From the NCBI GenBank assembly GCA_963677485.1, contig OY781964.1, positions 1,536,001-1,600,000 on the forward strand: a stretch of DNA of 64,000 bases, given 5' to 3'. The notes below the pieces were generated by a model that saw only the letters and a list, made by a program, of their open reading frames with translations, was not told the DNA's origin and did no database searches. How positions within the stretch are numbered: position 1 is the first letter of the stretch; each line of letters starts with the position of its first letter. A program made the position numbers and the translations under genes. Below are positions 29,825 to 40,284 of this stretch, one piece after another. Source of the stretch: Armatimonadota bacterium (GTDB taxonomy: Bacteria > Armatimonadota > HRBIN16).

Positions 29825-32800
29825 CTATTTCTTGCGCTTTTTCGGTGCAGGAGGGACATCGCCAAACAGATCATCACCTGGTTCCGGTTCGATGGCCCCG
29901 CCTATCGTCCGGTTCTCGCGGATCGCGGCAAACGCCTCAAGCGCAGCCTTGCGGTCAAACACGGTCATTGACTGGTCGCGTGTGATCAAACAGCGGATGC
30001 AGGACTTTAGGCATAGCTTGTCGTGGTCCGGGCTTCCCTCAAGCTGTTCGACAGCTTTATCAAACCACTCTTCACGCCTGACGTGAAGGTCAATCACCAT
30101 CGACTGACCACCCGCCACGTTGTCAAACATCGCTAGGCCAACATTGCTGTCTGTACGCTGCGCAGGGTAGGTGAGGAACATCAGTTGGCGGAAGTCCACA
30201 TTCAGCATCTTTGCCCCAGCCAGCCGCAGTGCTTGGCCCATGGTATCGGCTTTAAGCTGGTTCAGGCCCGGGTACTCGTAGAACACGATGTCGGTCGGTA
30301 GTGTGGCAATAAGCACGCGGTTGCGCATGGGAGTATCAGTGTCACCCATACATCCAACTGCTCTGTTTTCTAGAACTGAGTAGTGTTTTTTGAATCCGTT
30401 TGGTAAACTCGTTCCGTCGCCATACCCCGTCTCAGCTTGAGCATGGCCACACCGTGTACAGATCGCATATCCATATACACCGTATGAGCCATCATCGACA
30501 TCCACACTGCGGCCCATGTTTAGAGCAAACACATTCTGTCCTTCTGCACAAGCGTGTTGCAGTTGACCATCTATTTTCCAATCTTGAGAGTCACTTGGCA
30601 TCATCGCAAACCGGCCGACCGGGGTGAACCAGTCATCTTTACGTATAGCCTGAGTTTTGGCAGACCGTCTTGTCACATAACCAAAGCGGGGATCAAGACA
30701 GGTGAACCGTATTGACCCTGCCTCAAGTTTTATCTTGTTGGTCGACAATTCCGATATTGAGACAGATCGGTCGTGATGAACCGTCAGACTGTATTGTTTT
30801 CCAATAGCAGTTTTACCATTGTCAATCCACGACTTCATGACGCCGCGAGAGACCTTCTTTTGCCAGCCTACCGGTACCTCACGGCCAGGTGAGTATTCAC
30901 CCAGTGCCTCAATAGAGGACCGCTCTAACCGAAATGCCTGAGGATCCTTCGCATCCCCCTCCCACAGCCTTCTCACATCCACTGCGAAACCATACCTTGG
31001 AAGGAACTGTTTGCCAGACAATACGTTAATGACTTGCTCGTTCCATAACGCATTACATTGCCAGTACCAAAAAGATTTTTCTCGACCTGTCACCATATCA
31101 CGTGCTTTGATGCATTCGTAAAACTCAGATATCCAGCCCTCCTTGATCTCCACCAGGCACTTGATGGCAGTCTTGATGATAGAATCCACATCCGAACCTG
31201 CATAGCTGTCCCAACTAGATGAGGTGATCTCTGAGATGATACCTGCACCCTTCATCTTGATAAAATCGATGAATTCATTAATATAGTTACGCAGTCTAGA
31301 TATGTCTAGATTATCTGAGACCTTCTTGGCAGGTTGAGCCATACCCATAAACTTCCCGATTTTCGTAATCCAATCACCACTATATGAGTGACAGAACTCA
31401 CTATACAACAATGCATGACGGTGTCGCCGAATGATCTTTTGCCGCGACATATCAACCATAGGTATAGGCATATCCTGTCCTAAGTAGACCCCAAAGTTAT
31501 CCCTAACACCCAGATCGAACGGGTTGTTGCCAATCTTCGTGACAACCAGCGAGGACCCGTCGGCTCGGCGTCCAGCCCGGCCAGCCCGTTGTAAATAACT
31601 CGCCTTTACCGGAGGCACATTACTGTTGTATACGACATTAAGGCCTCCGATATCAACACCAAGCTCCATGGTGGTGGTACAAGACAACACGTTGCGTGCA
31701 CCGCGAAGGAATAGCTTTTGAATTTTGGATGTCGTCTCAACGCTTAGTTGGGCACTGTGTTCTTCACCCCATAGTCCCATAGAAAATGGCCCGTCGGGTT
31801 TGGTTAGCTCAGTTCGGAGCCTGCGAAGGCGTGGTTTACAATCAGCCTCCTGCTGTGTGATGGGTTCACAATATCGGGTTACTTGACCGTCCCGCAAATC
31901 TCCATCAAACTCGTCGTCATCTTGATCATATGTGTCGGATATCAAGTTCATCAGTCGACGCGATGACACACGTCCTGTGATGTTGTCATACCACAGTTGC
32001 TCCGGCCGCATTAGTCGCAACTCACTCATGTTGATGCTGATACCTGACCTGTCGACAGAAATAGCCGGTATTCTGGTTTTAGAAAGATGATCATAGATGC
32101 TTTCAAGAAACGCTTTGATTTCACCATCGCTGCGCTCTATGTCGAGCGTGGTTAATACACGATTGAGGAACAGGAACCGACTGTTTTTGCCCTTACCGAC
32201 GAAGGCCTCACGGTTCAGGCTCCAGTCTTCTTCTTTGGTGCTGAAATGCATATCATCATCTACGTCTTTAGTGAAAGGTTCATTTGGTATACTGCAGCGA
32301 TAGAACTCACCTAACCGTAAGGTATCAAGAATCACTGCCAGTATATCGCTATACGCCTCTGTGACATTGGCAGAACACCCATTGAATACGTCTGGACACT
32401 CCAACCGCTCAAGTCCTGGATACTCCACCTCAAGCAACCCCTGTGTTTCGAGTGAATTAGCTCCCGGTTTTGCAGTATGGAACTCCTCACAAAACAGCTT
32501 ATATATGTCCTGCTTTGCCACTTCGCGCCAGCGTGTTCGCATGTAGTCACCATCATCCCATTCTCCAGGTTCCTCGTAATGAACACGTCCTTGTATCCAT
32601 GGGTCAAATATCTGGGCAGCGTGCCAATCTGATCCCGCATGCCTCATGAGCTCTTTGACGACAATGGCATGATTGAGTTTTGCACAGATATCATCTAGCT
32701 CCTCACGCTCATCTGGTTCTAGTAAACCCGCCTGCTCCTTTGTGGTATAACGTTTATACCTCAGCTGGTCGTTTATGGTGAGTTTCGAACAGCCTTGTGA

Positions 32801-34705
32801 CAACAGCCAGTGTTTAAACAGTAGGCTGTTATGCTGGTGGGTCAGTGTAGGACCAAGTATGGCCGCTTTTCGACGGCTATCACTAAAAGCCAGCAGGCGC
32901 CTGCCACCTGCCGGCAGGGTTGATTCATCAACCCCTGGCATTGGCGGAATGTGTTGAATGACTGTTTCTACAACTAACGAGTCTGTGATATGGTGAGTGT
33001 ACAGCGGGCCGATATGACGTGATTTTCCGCACCGAGCACACTTAGCTCCTGTCACAACTCCACGTTGTGGCGACCTATCAACCTGGCGCTTCGCACCTGG
33101 GATTAGACCGGTATCATCGTGATCATCGAGTGCTTGATACCAATCAACGGGCGTGATCAACTGGTCGCCCATAGGAGCCGTGATTCTCAGCACGGGAGTG
33201 CCGCATGACTGGCAATGCCATAGTTCAGCGACTTTATCGTGTAGGCAGTAAGGGCAGTTCGATGACTCTTTGTCGAACAAGCCTCCAAATGGTTCCGCCT
33301 TGATGGATGCTGTACACTGACCGCTCAGGCAGACATAGAGTGTCTCGATTTGGCTTACCAATGCGTGCAGACGATGCGGTATCAATGGCTTGTGATCAGC
33401 TTTTTGGCGCGCGCTGGCTCCCAGGTTCAACAGCCAAAGAAGCCGCTTATCGGTTGATATCTCACTGAGTTTGCCAATCCGGTTCTGCTTCAATGAATCT
33501 ACAAGCCATCTGGCATATGGTGAGTGCGTGAGTATGTCGTATAACTGCCTTGCTGGTTGTGTCTCGGATTTAAACTCATATCCTGGTGCCAAAACCCGAA
33601 GCTTTTCACGAAGCCGTGCGCATTCATCTGGGCAGTCGACAAGATTCCCATGCTCAAATGTAGGTCGTGGTTCATACGGCTCAACCATCTTAAGCTGTTC
33701 AATGGGCCAGCTCTCAACTGTTTCAAACGGCTCCAACACATCGGCATCCTCACCCTTGATCAGGCGAACAGCTGAGGCTGGTTTGTCGGTAAACATTGCC
33801 GCGAATTTCGTTTGCTCATTCCCATCTCCGCCAAGAGTAGCAGAAGCTAGAATGTGCAATATGCTAGTGGCACCCATTCCGCTCGAATAACAAATACGCT
33901 TAAGCATCATGGCCATTTCGGTCGCCATTCCGCCAAGATACTGGTGAGCTTCATCAAGAACAAGGCATTCGAGTGCTTTGTCCAGCAGGCTGCTGTCTTT
34001 GGGACGAGCCAGGATGAACTCAAGCATCGAATAATTCGTGATGAGTATATCCGGCGGACAGTCACGAATATCTGTCCTGGTTCTGCGTCTATACTCACCA
34101 AAATGTTCGATGCTTTTGACGTCTGCGTCATCGTCATCTTCTGGTGTATCACTGGTGAAATAGGCGAAACTTAATCCAAGTTGGTTGTTTTTGAGCCAGT
34201 CATCCAGCCGATTCACTTGGTCGAATATGAGGGCATTCGTTGGGTAGATGATAATTGCCCGAACCCCATTGCTACCTTTTGCCCTTGAAATGCTCACAAG
34301 CCGGTTCAGCATAGGCAATAGAAAAGCCTCAGTCTTACCTGAGCCAGTTCCGGCGGTGATCAGCATTGTGGGCTGAACCGCTTCATGACGGCTTTTATAC
34401 TCTGTAATGATCGCCTTGTGCTGATGCGTGTAGAGTGTGCGTTCAGGATTTATGTGCATATGCGGCAACTTAAGCAGATCGGGGTGGAATACGCCCTTGT
34501 CCGCGAGTTTTCGCAGTGTCGATTCGCTAGATTTATACGGCCAGGTTGCTTCCAGCCAGAGTTCGCTGACCAGGCGGCTCTCCTCACATTCAAAAAACCG
34601 CTGAATGGTATCTAGCAATGGCTGGTGGTTTACATAACCATCTTCCAACGCATGCGCCATGAGCCGTTTTTTTACATCCTGTATAGCTTTAATGGCGTTA
34701 AGCAT
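29825..34705 (-). CDS. Large SF2 DEAH-box helicase with Zn motifs and C-terminal DUF1998/MZB-like domain; Druantia DruE-like
   Basis: AGTGSGKTE, IYPTNAL..DQ, PPDILITNYSMLE, LDEAH, SATL, LLAFSDSRR, EHSAQL, CTTTMELGVDIG, YLQRAGRAGRR, DNVAGG...CLKSCIRCL. Confidence 0.85.
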   Translation of the reverse strand: MLNAIKAIQDVKKRLMAHALEDGYVNHQPLLDTIQRFFECEESRLVSELWLEATWPYKSSESTLRKLADKGVFHPDLLKLPHMHINPERTLYTHQHKAIITEYKSRHEAVQPTMLITAGTGSGKTEAFLLPMLNRLVSISRAKGSNGVRAIIIYPTNALIFDQVNRLDDWLKNNQLGLSFAYFTSDTPEDDDDADVKSIEHFGEYRRRTRTDIRDCPPDILITNYSMLEFILARPKDSSLLDKALECLVLDEAHQYLGGMATEMAMMLKRICYSSGMGATSILHILASATLGGDGNEQTKFAAMFTDKPASAVRLIKGEDADVLEPFETVESWPIEQLKMVEPYEPRPTFEHGNLVDCPDECARLREKLRVLAPGYEFKSETQPARQLYDILTHSPYARWLVDSLKQNRIGKLSEISTDKRLLWLLNLGASARQKADHKPLIPHRLHALVSQIETLYVCLSGQCTASIKAEPFGGLFDKESSNCPYCLHDKVAELWHCQSCGTPVLRITAPMGDQLITPVDWYQALDDHDDTGLIPGAKRQVDRSPQRGVVTGAKCARCGKSRHIGPLYTHHITDSLVVETVIQHIPPMPGVDESTLPAGGRRLLAFSDSRRKAAILGPTLTHQHNSLLFKHWLLSQGCSKLTINDQLRYKRYTTKEQAGLLEPDEREELDDICAKLNHAIVVKELMRHAGSDWHAAQIFDPWIQGRVHYEEPGEWDDGDYMRTRWREVAKQDIYKLFCEEFHTAKPGANSLETQGLLEVEYPGLERLECPDVFNGCSANVTEAYSDILAVILDTLRLGEFYRCSIPNEPFTKDVDDDMHFSTKEEDWSLNREAFVGKGKNSRFLFLNRVLTTLDIERSDGEIKAFLESIYDHLSKTRIPAISVDRSGISINMSELRLMRPEQLWYDNITGRVSSRRLMNLISDTYDQDDDEFDGDLRDGQVTRYCEPITQQEADCKPRLRRLRTELTKPDGPFSMGLWGEEHSAQLSVETTSKIQKLFLRGARNVLSCTTTMELGVDIGGLNVVYNSNVPPVKASYLQRAGRAGRRADGSSLVVTKIGNNPFDLGVRDNFGVYLGQDMPIPMVDMSRQKIIRRHRHALLYSEFCHSYSGDWITKIGKFMGMAQPAKKVSDNLDISRLRNYINEFIDFIKMKGAGIISEITSSSWDSYAGSDVDSIIKTAIKCLVEIKEGWISEFYECIKARDMVTGREKSFWYWQCNALWNEQVINVLSGKQFLPRYGFAVDVRRLWEGDAKDPQAFRLERSSIEALGEYSPGREVPVGWQKKVSRGVMKSWIDNGKTAIGKQYSLTVHHDRSVSISELSTNKIKLEAGSIRFTCLDPRFGYVTRRSAKTQAIRKDDWFTPVGRFAMMPSDSQDWKIDGQLQHACAEGQNVFALNMGRSVDVDDGSYGVYGYAICTRCGHAQAETGYGDGTSLPNGFKKHYSVLENRAVGCMGDTDTPMRNRVLIATLPTDIVFYEYPGLNQLKADTMGQALRLAGAKMLNVDFRQLMFLTYPAQRTDSNVGLAMFDNVAGGQSMVIDLHVRREEWFDKAVEQLEGSPDHDKLCLKSCIRCLITRDQSMTVFDRKAALEAFAAIRENRTIGGAIEPEPGDDLFGDVPPAPKKRKK

Positions 34706-37652
34706 TGTTCATCAACCATCTTTCACACAGTTTTGCTAAAAGATACTCTGTCACTGTGTTATGCGTGTTCTTCGATAATATGGCTATTTCACTGACGTAT
34801 CTTTCGATCCGCTTACTAGCAGAACGCATATCGTTTCCTGTCGCTGCACGGTATACCTCTTCATGCATAACAGCTAGATTATTTAGGGAGATAGGTGAAG
34901 ATTTGAGTATTGCCGATATGCCAAGTATATCCTCACATGGCAACTTCTCTCTAAGGATTTCAATGCATTTCTCCATAGAAATCACGTTCTTATTGTACTG
35001 TTTATCTTCTTCCTTAGTATCATTGCTTAATATATACTTATTTACATACCAATGATATAGATGATCACTAAAATACTCAAAAACACTATCAACCGGAACA
35101 CTGAACCATCGTGCCATTTTGAAGCTGATCACAGGTCCATATTTGTGACATATCGACATCAACGTATCCATACGAAAATCATCTGACATGAGGTTACAAC
35201 AATAACCATCGATTTCCACAGCAGTAAGAAGACCACAGACATCATTCACAAAACAACGCTTCAGTAGGTAATTTGACACTGGGTATTTAGTATAGTTGGA
35301 ATCTGGTGCCGACCATATCGTTACGCAATCAGTTTGGTGACCCAGGAAGTAGTCATAAAGCGAACCATGTGACTTCGGATCCAAAACTAGTGCATGCATC
35401 GATGCTAGATTCTCAACAAGGTCAGATGGATTCATGTCACTTCCATAACATCCATACCAGTCGTTCGCAGTTGCCCATCCGACTTCTCCGCCGTCCGCCA
35501 TCACCGTAACTAGGTACGGTTTCCTATCGTATTTATCAACGCGAACGATCAACCCATCACCAGAAGCTATGCACGCACCATACTCGCTTATACCAGAACA
35601 ATCCCAAATGCGTATGCTAACCACACGGTCAAGGCTGATCTCATGGCGTAAACGTACCGTTAGGGCACTACCTTGTAGTTTCATAGTTGGTTCATTGACA
35701 GCTACACAACCGCGGTATACAGATACGAATGGCAGAGTCTTGAATGAACCATCAGCCCATTTCAATGAGTATCGCCCACCCATACCTTTCGGCCTTCCAC
35801 TCACATTGACATCGCCCTGCTCTGTCACATATCCAATTGAGACCGTACCACCATAAAGTGCGTCTTCACATAGAACAGCACCGGACAACATGAGCCTCTG
35901 ATCCGCACCGGGCCAATATCGTATAGCCGGACGATCACTTTTTGCGTCGATCTCAACGTAGTCCGTTTCACTCAGTTGAATCCAACTCATTTGATCAACA
36001 GGCGTTTCCGAATATGCGATGAACTCACAAGGGTTCATGTAATGATGTGCATCATCGTATGGAGTGAAAGGGTTACCATGACCCTGCAATTTTACCCGAA
36101 TTGGTATCCTGGTGCGTGTGACCGATCCTGCATGTTTCCATACATATCCGTTACGATCTGCAGCCAATTCAAAGCCGTCTGTGTAACCGGCGATATACAC
36201 AGAATGAATTTCTGTTTCAAAATCGCGGGTAAAAATAGTGAACCCATCCTCTGTGGGCGTAAACTCTATGAGTTTCCGCTGTTCTTCTGCGCTCAACTGT
36301 CCATTATCATGGCAGCTTGAACGCCATATCTCCTCGCCATTGACGTCTGAAATAACGAGAGGTGGTGAAAACAGGCAGTATTCAATACTGTGCTGGCTAT
36401 ACTGGTCTACGTTACAGCTCCAGTCCCACTTGCTGGGCCATATAGCAAGGTATCGTTTATTTTGATCTAGTCTTTTATACATTGATATGCGCGTTCCGTC
36501 TTCAGCGTACAAACATGGTTCACCATCGAACTCAACCAAAGAGACCAGTTCAGATGCTAGTTCATGATCTTCTTCATCATGAATCGTGACTGTCACATTG
36601 TGGTGTTCACCTAAATACCCACACAGCGTATTCGATTTATGGTTAAGGTCAGGTTCCAGATTACCCTTATTCCATGAGTAGGTGATTTCGTCATCGCCGC
36701 ACCGAACTGTGAATGGTTCGAATTGAGACAGATTCTTGATAGCCGGCAATACGCCCAGTATATCCACAGCAACAGGAATCTCAAATCTGATGAGCGCGTT
36801 AGTGTAGATGATCCTTGGGGTACCCAGCCATTGTGTAGGCACATTCGGCTCAGGGCCGGGAGAATTGGTTGGTGTGTTGGGTGCGTACCGCTTTTTCGGT
36901 TTCGGTGTGCTCTTTATGATTTCGTCTACCCATTCAGGTAAGACCCACGGCGATTCGGTGAGATATTTCCGGAAATCCGGCTGTTCTATATCGCCCGATG
37001 TGTAGCGACGAATCGTATTCCAAAGACTCACAAATGTCTGAGATCGTATGTTCTGCACGCGTGTGTTTTGATCTATATGGCCTGATAACAAGCACCTCAC
37101 GGCAACACGAACCCTGTGTTCACTAAAATAGTCGTCAGGATTGTCATAGTAGACCGAAACCCAGTCCTGGAGTTTGGATATCGTGCGTTTGGTCAGCCCA
37201 CACTGCAGATTCATAAAGTTATAGTAGTTCTTCCCAGCTTCATACGGAAAAAGATCACGCAGATACGATAACCCGATGCCTTCATGAGATTCGTTCGAAT
37301 ATGCTGTTGACTTAATGTATTCATTAAGACCGGGTTTAGGGTTCATTGAGCTGGAGATGAATAAGGTATTTGTGATGGTTCGGTTAAGCTCATATAGATA
37401 TCCATATATGGATGGCCATAGTGTCTTTTCATCGTCAGTTTGGAAGGTACGCCGGTTAACTGCCACCATAAGAATCAGGGCTAACCAATAATGTTGGCGG
37501 TATAGGACCTCAAGACATGCATACCACTCCCGCAGATCCGCGTACTCATCCTCGGTCACACGCAACTCCGCGATGGACCAGGGACGGGCAAGTTTATGGA
37601 ACGCATCTACGCGCTTCCGAAGGCTGGCGATTGTTTCCGTTACGCTACTCAA
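34698..37652 (-). CDS. 984-aa hypothetical protein coupled to the helicase; DruH/STY4851-like (tentative)
   Basis: AT-rich; TTG start with GAGGT RBS; 8-nt overlap with the helicase; N-terminal RPWSIAELRVTEDEY..L, LWPSI, LQCGL, then a Pro-rich linker and beta-rich domains. Confidence 0.6.
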   Translation of the reverse strand: MSSVTETIASLRKRVDAFHKLARPWSIAELRVTEDEYADLREWYACLEVLYRQHYWLALILMVAVNRRTFQTDDEKTLWPSIYGYLYELNRTITNTLFISSSMNPKPGLNEYIKSTAYSNESHEGIGLSYLRDLFPYEAGKNYYNFMNLQCGLTKRTISKLQDWVSVYYDNPDDYFSEHRVRVAVRCLLSGHIDQNTRVQNIRSQTFVSLWNTIRRYTSGDIEQPDFRKYLTESPWVLPEWVDEIIKSTPKPKKRYAPNTPTNSPGPEPNVPTQWLGTPRIIYTNALIRFEIPVAVDILGVLPAIKNLSQFEPFTVRCGDDEITYSWNKGNLEPDLNHKSNTLCGYLGEHHNVTVTIHDEEDHELASELVSLVEFDGEPCLYAEDGTRISMYKRLDQNKRYLAIWPSKWDWSCNVDQYSQHSIEYCLFSPPLVISDVNGEEIWRSSCHDNGQLSAEEQRKLIEFTPTEDGFTIFTRDFETEIHSVYIAGYTDGFELAADRNGYVWKHAGSVTRTRIPIRVKLQGHGNPFTPYDDAHHYMNPCEFIAYSETPVDQMSWIQLSETDYVEIDAKSDRPAIRYWPGADQRLMLSGAVLCEDALYGGTVSIGYVTEQGDVNVSGRPKGMGGRYSLKWADGSFKTLPFVSVYRGCVAVNEPTMKLQGSALTVRLRHEISLDRVVSIRIWDCSGISEYGACIASGDGLIVRVDKYDRKPYLVTVMADGGEVGWATANDWYGCYGSDMNPSDLVENLASMHALVLDPKSHGSLYDYFLGHQTDCVTIWSAPDSNYTKYPVSNYLLKRCFVNDVCGLLTAVEIDGYCCNLMSDDFRMDTLMSICHKYGPVISFKMARWFSVPVDSVFEYFSDHLYHWYVNKYILSNDTKEEDKQYNKNVISMEKCIEILREKLPCEDILGISAILKSSPISLNNLAVMHEEVYRAATGNDMRSASKRIERYVSEIAILSKNTHNTVTEYLLAKLCERWLMNNA

Positions 37653-37713
37653 TGTCGTTACCTCATCGAATCACAATTTAACGACATTATACACTTAACG
37701 CATGGAAATGCAA
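37651..37713 (-). promoter_or_regulatory. Sigma70-like promoter and inverted-repeat operator candidate for the helicase operon
   Basis: Minus strand TTGCAT-16 nt-TATAAT; perfect 10-bp inverted repeat AATGTCGTTA (37651-37660) / TAACGACATT (37679-37688). Confidence 0.5.
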
Positions 37714-37719
37714 AACCTT

Positions 37720-37807
37720 ACCCATCCGCATCATCTGCGGTTCAGACAAACAGATCGGCCTGGCCATATCTCTCTGCGCCTTTGCCCCTTTGCGTCTTTG
37801 CGTTGGA
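37720..37807. repeat. Periodic repeat mosaic at the island border
   Basis: CCCATCCGCATCATCTGCGGTTCAGACAAAC; CTCTGCGCCTTTGCCCCTTTGCGTCTTTGCGTTGG (matches ~19600-19634). Confidence 0.8.
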
Positions 37808-37824
37808 CCCCATCCGAACCGCCA

Positions 37825-39018
37825 TCACAACGCCGCCCTCTGCCCGTAACCAAGCGCATCAAAAGCCAGCGCATCGGAGGTGGAGGCAGTAGGCGCACCG
37901 GCCAGGCGCACGCGCTTCCCGCCACGTAACATGAAGCTCTGCGCATGGAAGCAGCCAGCCAGCATCTGACCCTCGGCCAGCAGGCTGCACCATTCACTGG
38001 GTTCCGGCTGTTCCATGGTCAGTTCGGGGTGCTTCTGCAGGCATTCCGGCTGGTAGTTTCGCAGAGACACCACGCACTCCGCCGGGTCATAGCTCCACGA
38101 GCTTTCGGGGTATGCAGGCCCGTAAACGCCAAAATGCGAACCTAGCTGCAGCATCCTGCAGCGCGCGGTATGTATGGCCAGAGGACCCACATCCAGTCCC
38201 GCCCAACGGCGACCAAGCCGGTGGGCTGTCTCCAGCCAGCTTCCGCTGCCGCAGAAGGGGTCAGCCACCAGATCGTTTTCGTCGCTGAAGCCGCTCATCA
38301 GCCGGTGTAATAGGGAAAAGGGCTTCTGCGTGGGGTATCCAAGCCATTCGGTCGAGTGGTTCGGCGGGCGTGAGATATCCCACACATCGCCGCTGACTTT
38401 ACCATCTGGGTTGAACAGATGCTGCCGCTTTGAGGCGATGATCGCATCATAGGGAACGCGAACGGCCTCGGGATTGAAGCTGTAGTGTTCGCCTTTACGG
38501 TAAAGATATAGCGTGTCGTGCTTGTGACCCAACGCCTTCTTGCTGCCGCCGCCGCTGCGGTAACTCCAGATGATCTCGTTTACGAAGTGCTTACGGCCAA
38601 ACAGCTCATCAAGAAGCAGCCGTATCCGGCTGTTGGCGTGCTGGTCGATATGGACACACAGCAGACCGTCGGGGTGCATCCATTCCCTGATGGCGGCCAG
38701 CCGATGATACATATACTGCAGGTAATCCACACCGTCGGCGCCCCAGGAATCACGAAATCCGGCTGGCACTGATATTCGTTGCCCGTTTGCCAAGTTCACA
38801 CGAGCCAGGAACTTCTCACCCATATCGAAAGGCGGGTCCATATAAACCAGTTTGGGTTTGCTCGCAAGCTGTGGTGCGCACAGGCAGTCTGCATGGATCA
38901 GTGTGCCGCCATCGGCTCCCCACGCCTCCACCTGCGAGGGCACGGGAGGAAGGGCATGGAGCTCGAGAGGGCACTTATCTGGCCAGTTTAGTGTGATGAC
39001 CGGTTGGTGTTCCATCAT
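37825..39018 (-). CDS. Site-specific DNA methyltransferase (N6A/N4C, beta class), orphan
   Basis: LVYMDPPF, LDELFG..HFVNEIIWSY, YPTQKP..LL, VADPFCGSG, LGRRW.GLD. Confidence 0.88.
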   Translation of the reverse strand: MMEHQPVITLNWPDKCPLELHALPPVPSQVEAWGADGGTLIHADCLCAPQLASKPKLVYMDPPFDMGEKFLARVNLANGQRISVPAGFRDSWGADGVDYLQYMYHRLAAIREWMHPDGLLCVHIDQHANSRIRLLLDELFGRKHFVNEIIWSYRSGGGSKKALGHKHDTLYLYRKGEHYSFNPEAVRVPYDAIIASKRQHLFNPDGKVSGDVWDISRPPNHSTEWLGYPTQKPFSLLHRLMSGFSDENDLVADPFCGSGSWLETAHRLGRRWAGLDVGPLAIHTARCRMLQLGSHFGVYGPAYPESSWSYDPAECVVSLRNYQPECLQKHPELTMEQPEPSEWCSLLAEGQMLAGCFHAQSFMLRGGKRVRLAGAPTASTSDALAFDALGYGQRAAL

Positions 39019-39020
39019 GT

Positions 39021-39050
39021 AAAAAGGGGTGCAGCAGACGCTGCACCCCT
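39021..39050 (-). terminator. Intrinsic terminator after metK
   Basis: Minus strand AGGGGTGCAGC-GTCT-GCTGCACCCCT followed by a T-run. Confidence 0.8.
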
Positions 39051-39066
39051 ATCATTTACTCCTTGA

Positions 39067-40173
39067 CTACGCTTCCCAGGGCAAGTAGCTCTTGCCAAAA
39101 TGACCGTAGTTGGTGGTCTTCTTGTAGATCGGCTTCAACAGACCGAGCCGCTCGATGATGGCAGCCGGGCGGAAGTCGAAGTTCGCACGTACAAACTCTT
39201 CAGCCGCAGCGGATTCGCCGGTACCGAAGGTATCTACCAGCACGCTGACCGGTTGAGCCTGCCCGATGGCATACGCCACCTGCAACTCAGCCTTCTTAGC
39301 CAGGCCGGCTTTGATGATCTCGCGGGCTACATACCTGCAGAAGTAAGCGGAGCTGCGGTCCACCTTGCTGGGGTCTTTGCCGCTGAACGCTCCACCGCCG
39401 TGCCGGGCTGCCCCACCGTAGGTGTCTACGATGATCTTGCGGCCGGTCACGCCGCAGTCGGCGGTAGGCCCGCCAAATTCAAAGCTGCCGCTGGGGTTGA
39501 CGATGAACTTAATGTCTGGCCGGAACCACTCACCCAGTGCGCGCGGGGCGATCACTGTGGCCACATACTGCTTGATATCGGCCTGAGCATATCCTGCAGT
39601 GTGCTGGGTACTCACCAACACCGTATCAACAAGCACCGGCACGATGCCTTCATAACGCACGCTCACCTGGGTCTTGCTATCGGGGCGCAGCCCAGTGTTT
39701 TTACCAGATTTTCGGTCGACAGCCAGCTCATAGGCCAGGTTGTGGGCCAGTTGGATGGGCAAAGGCATCAGCTCTGGGGTTTCATCGCTGGCGAAGCCAA
39801 ACATAATCCCTTGGTCACCGGCCCCCTGATCTAGCCCGTTGTCCACCGCGCTGTTGATCTCATGGCTCTGTTTTGACAGCAGATTGGTGATTTTCACATT
39901 ATCGGCACTGAAGGCTTCGGAGTTATCTATATATCCAATTTCGCGAATTGCGTCGCGAACTATTTGGTCGTATTCGAAATTGGCGTTGGTGCTGATCTCA
40001 CCGGCCAATATGACTTGACCCGATTTTGCGAGCACCTCACAGGCGACATGACTATGAGCATCTTGCTCAAGACATGCATCGAGGATGCTGTCTGCGATGG
40101 TATCGCATACCTTATCGGGGTGCCCTTCGGAGACAGACTCCGAAGAGAAGATCGAGTACTGTTTGTCCATCAT
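39067..40173 (-). CDS. metK: S-adenosylmethionine synthetase
   Basis: SESVSEGHPDK, GAGDQG, DSKTQV, GRKIIVDTYGG, GGGAFSGKDPSKVDRS, YGHFG. Confidence 0.97.
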   Translation of the reverse strand: MMDKQYSIFSSESVSEGHPDKVCDTIADSILDACLEQDAHSHVACEVLAKSGQVILAGEISTNANFEYDQIVRDAIREIGYIDNSEAFSADNVKITNLLSKQSHEINSAVDNGLDQGAGDQGIMFGFASDETPELMPLPIQLAHNLAYELAVDRKSGKNTGLRPDSKTQVSVRYEGIVPVLVDTVLVSTQHTAGYAQADIKQYVATVIAPRALGEWFRPDIKFIVNPSGSFEFGGPTADCGVTGRKIIVDTYGGAARHGGGAFSGKDPSKVDRSSAYFCRYVAREIIKAGLAKKAELQVAYAIGQAQPVSVLVDTFGTGESAAAEEFVRANFDFRPAAIIERLGLLKPIYKKTTNYGHFGKSYLPWEA

Positions 40174-40221
40174 TCAGGTTTCCTTTCGCCCATATGGGCC
40201 TTCACAGGGTCAAATTGACCC

Positions 40222-40258
40222 AAAAAAACGCCTATCGCCGTATCCAGAGGCGAAGGCG
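40222..40258 (-). terminator. Riboswitch expression-platform terminator
   Basis: Minus strand CGCCTTCGCC-TCTGGATAC-GGCGATAGGCG-TTTTTTT. Confidence 0.8.
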
Positions 40259-40284
40259 CAGTCATGTCCACATTGAACACACAG

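Noticed and set aside
29750-37807. Prophage or integrative element
   Set aside because: No integrase, transposase, tRNA target or att direct repeats visible.
29825-39018. DISARM or type III restriction-modification system
   Set aside because: No DrmA/DrmC/DrmD or Res partner; helicase size and single large partner fit Druantia III better.
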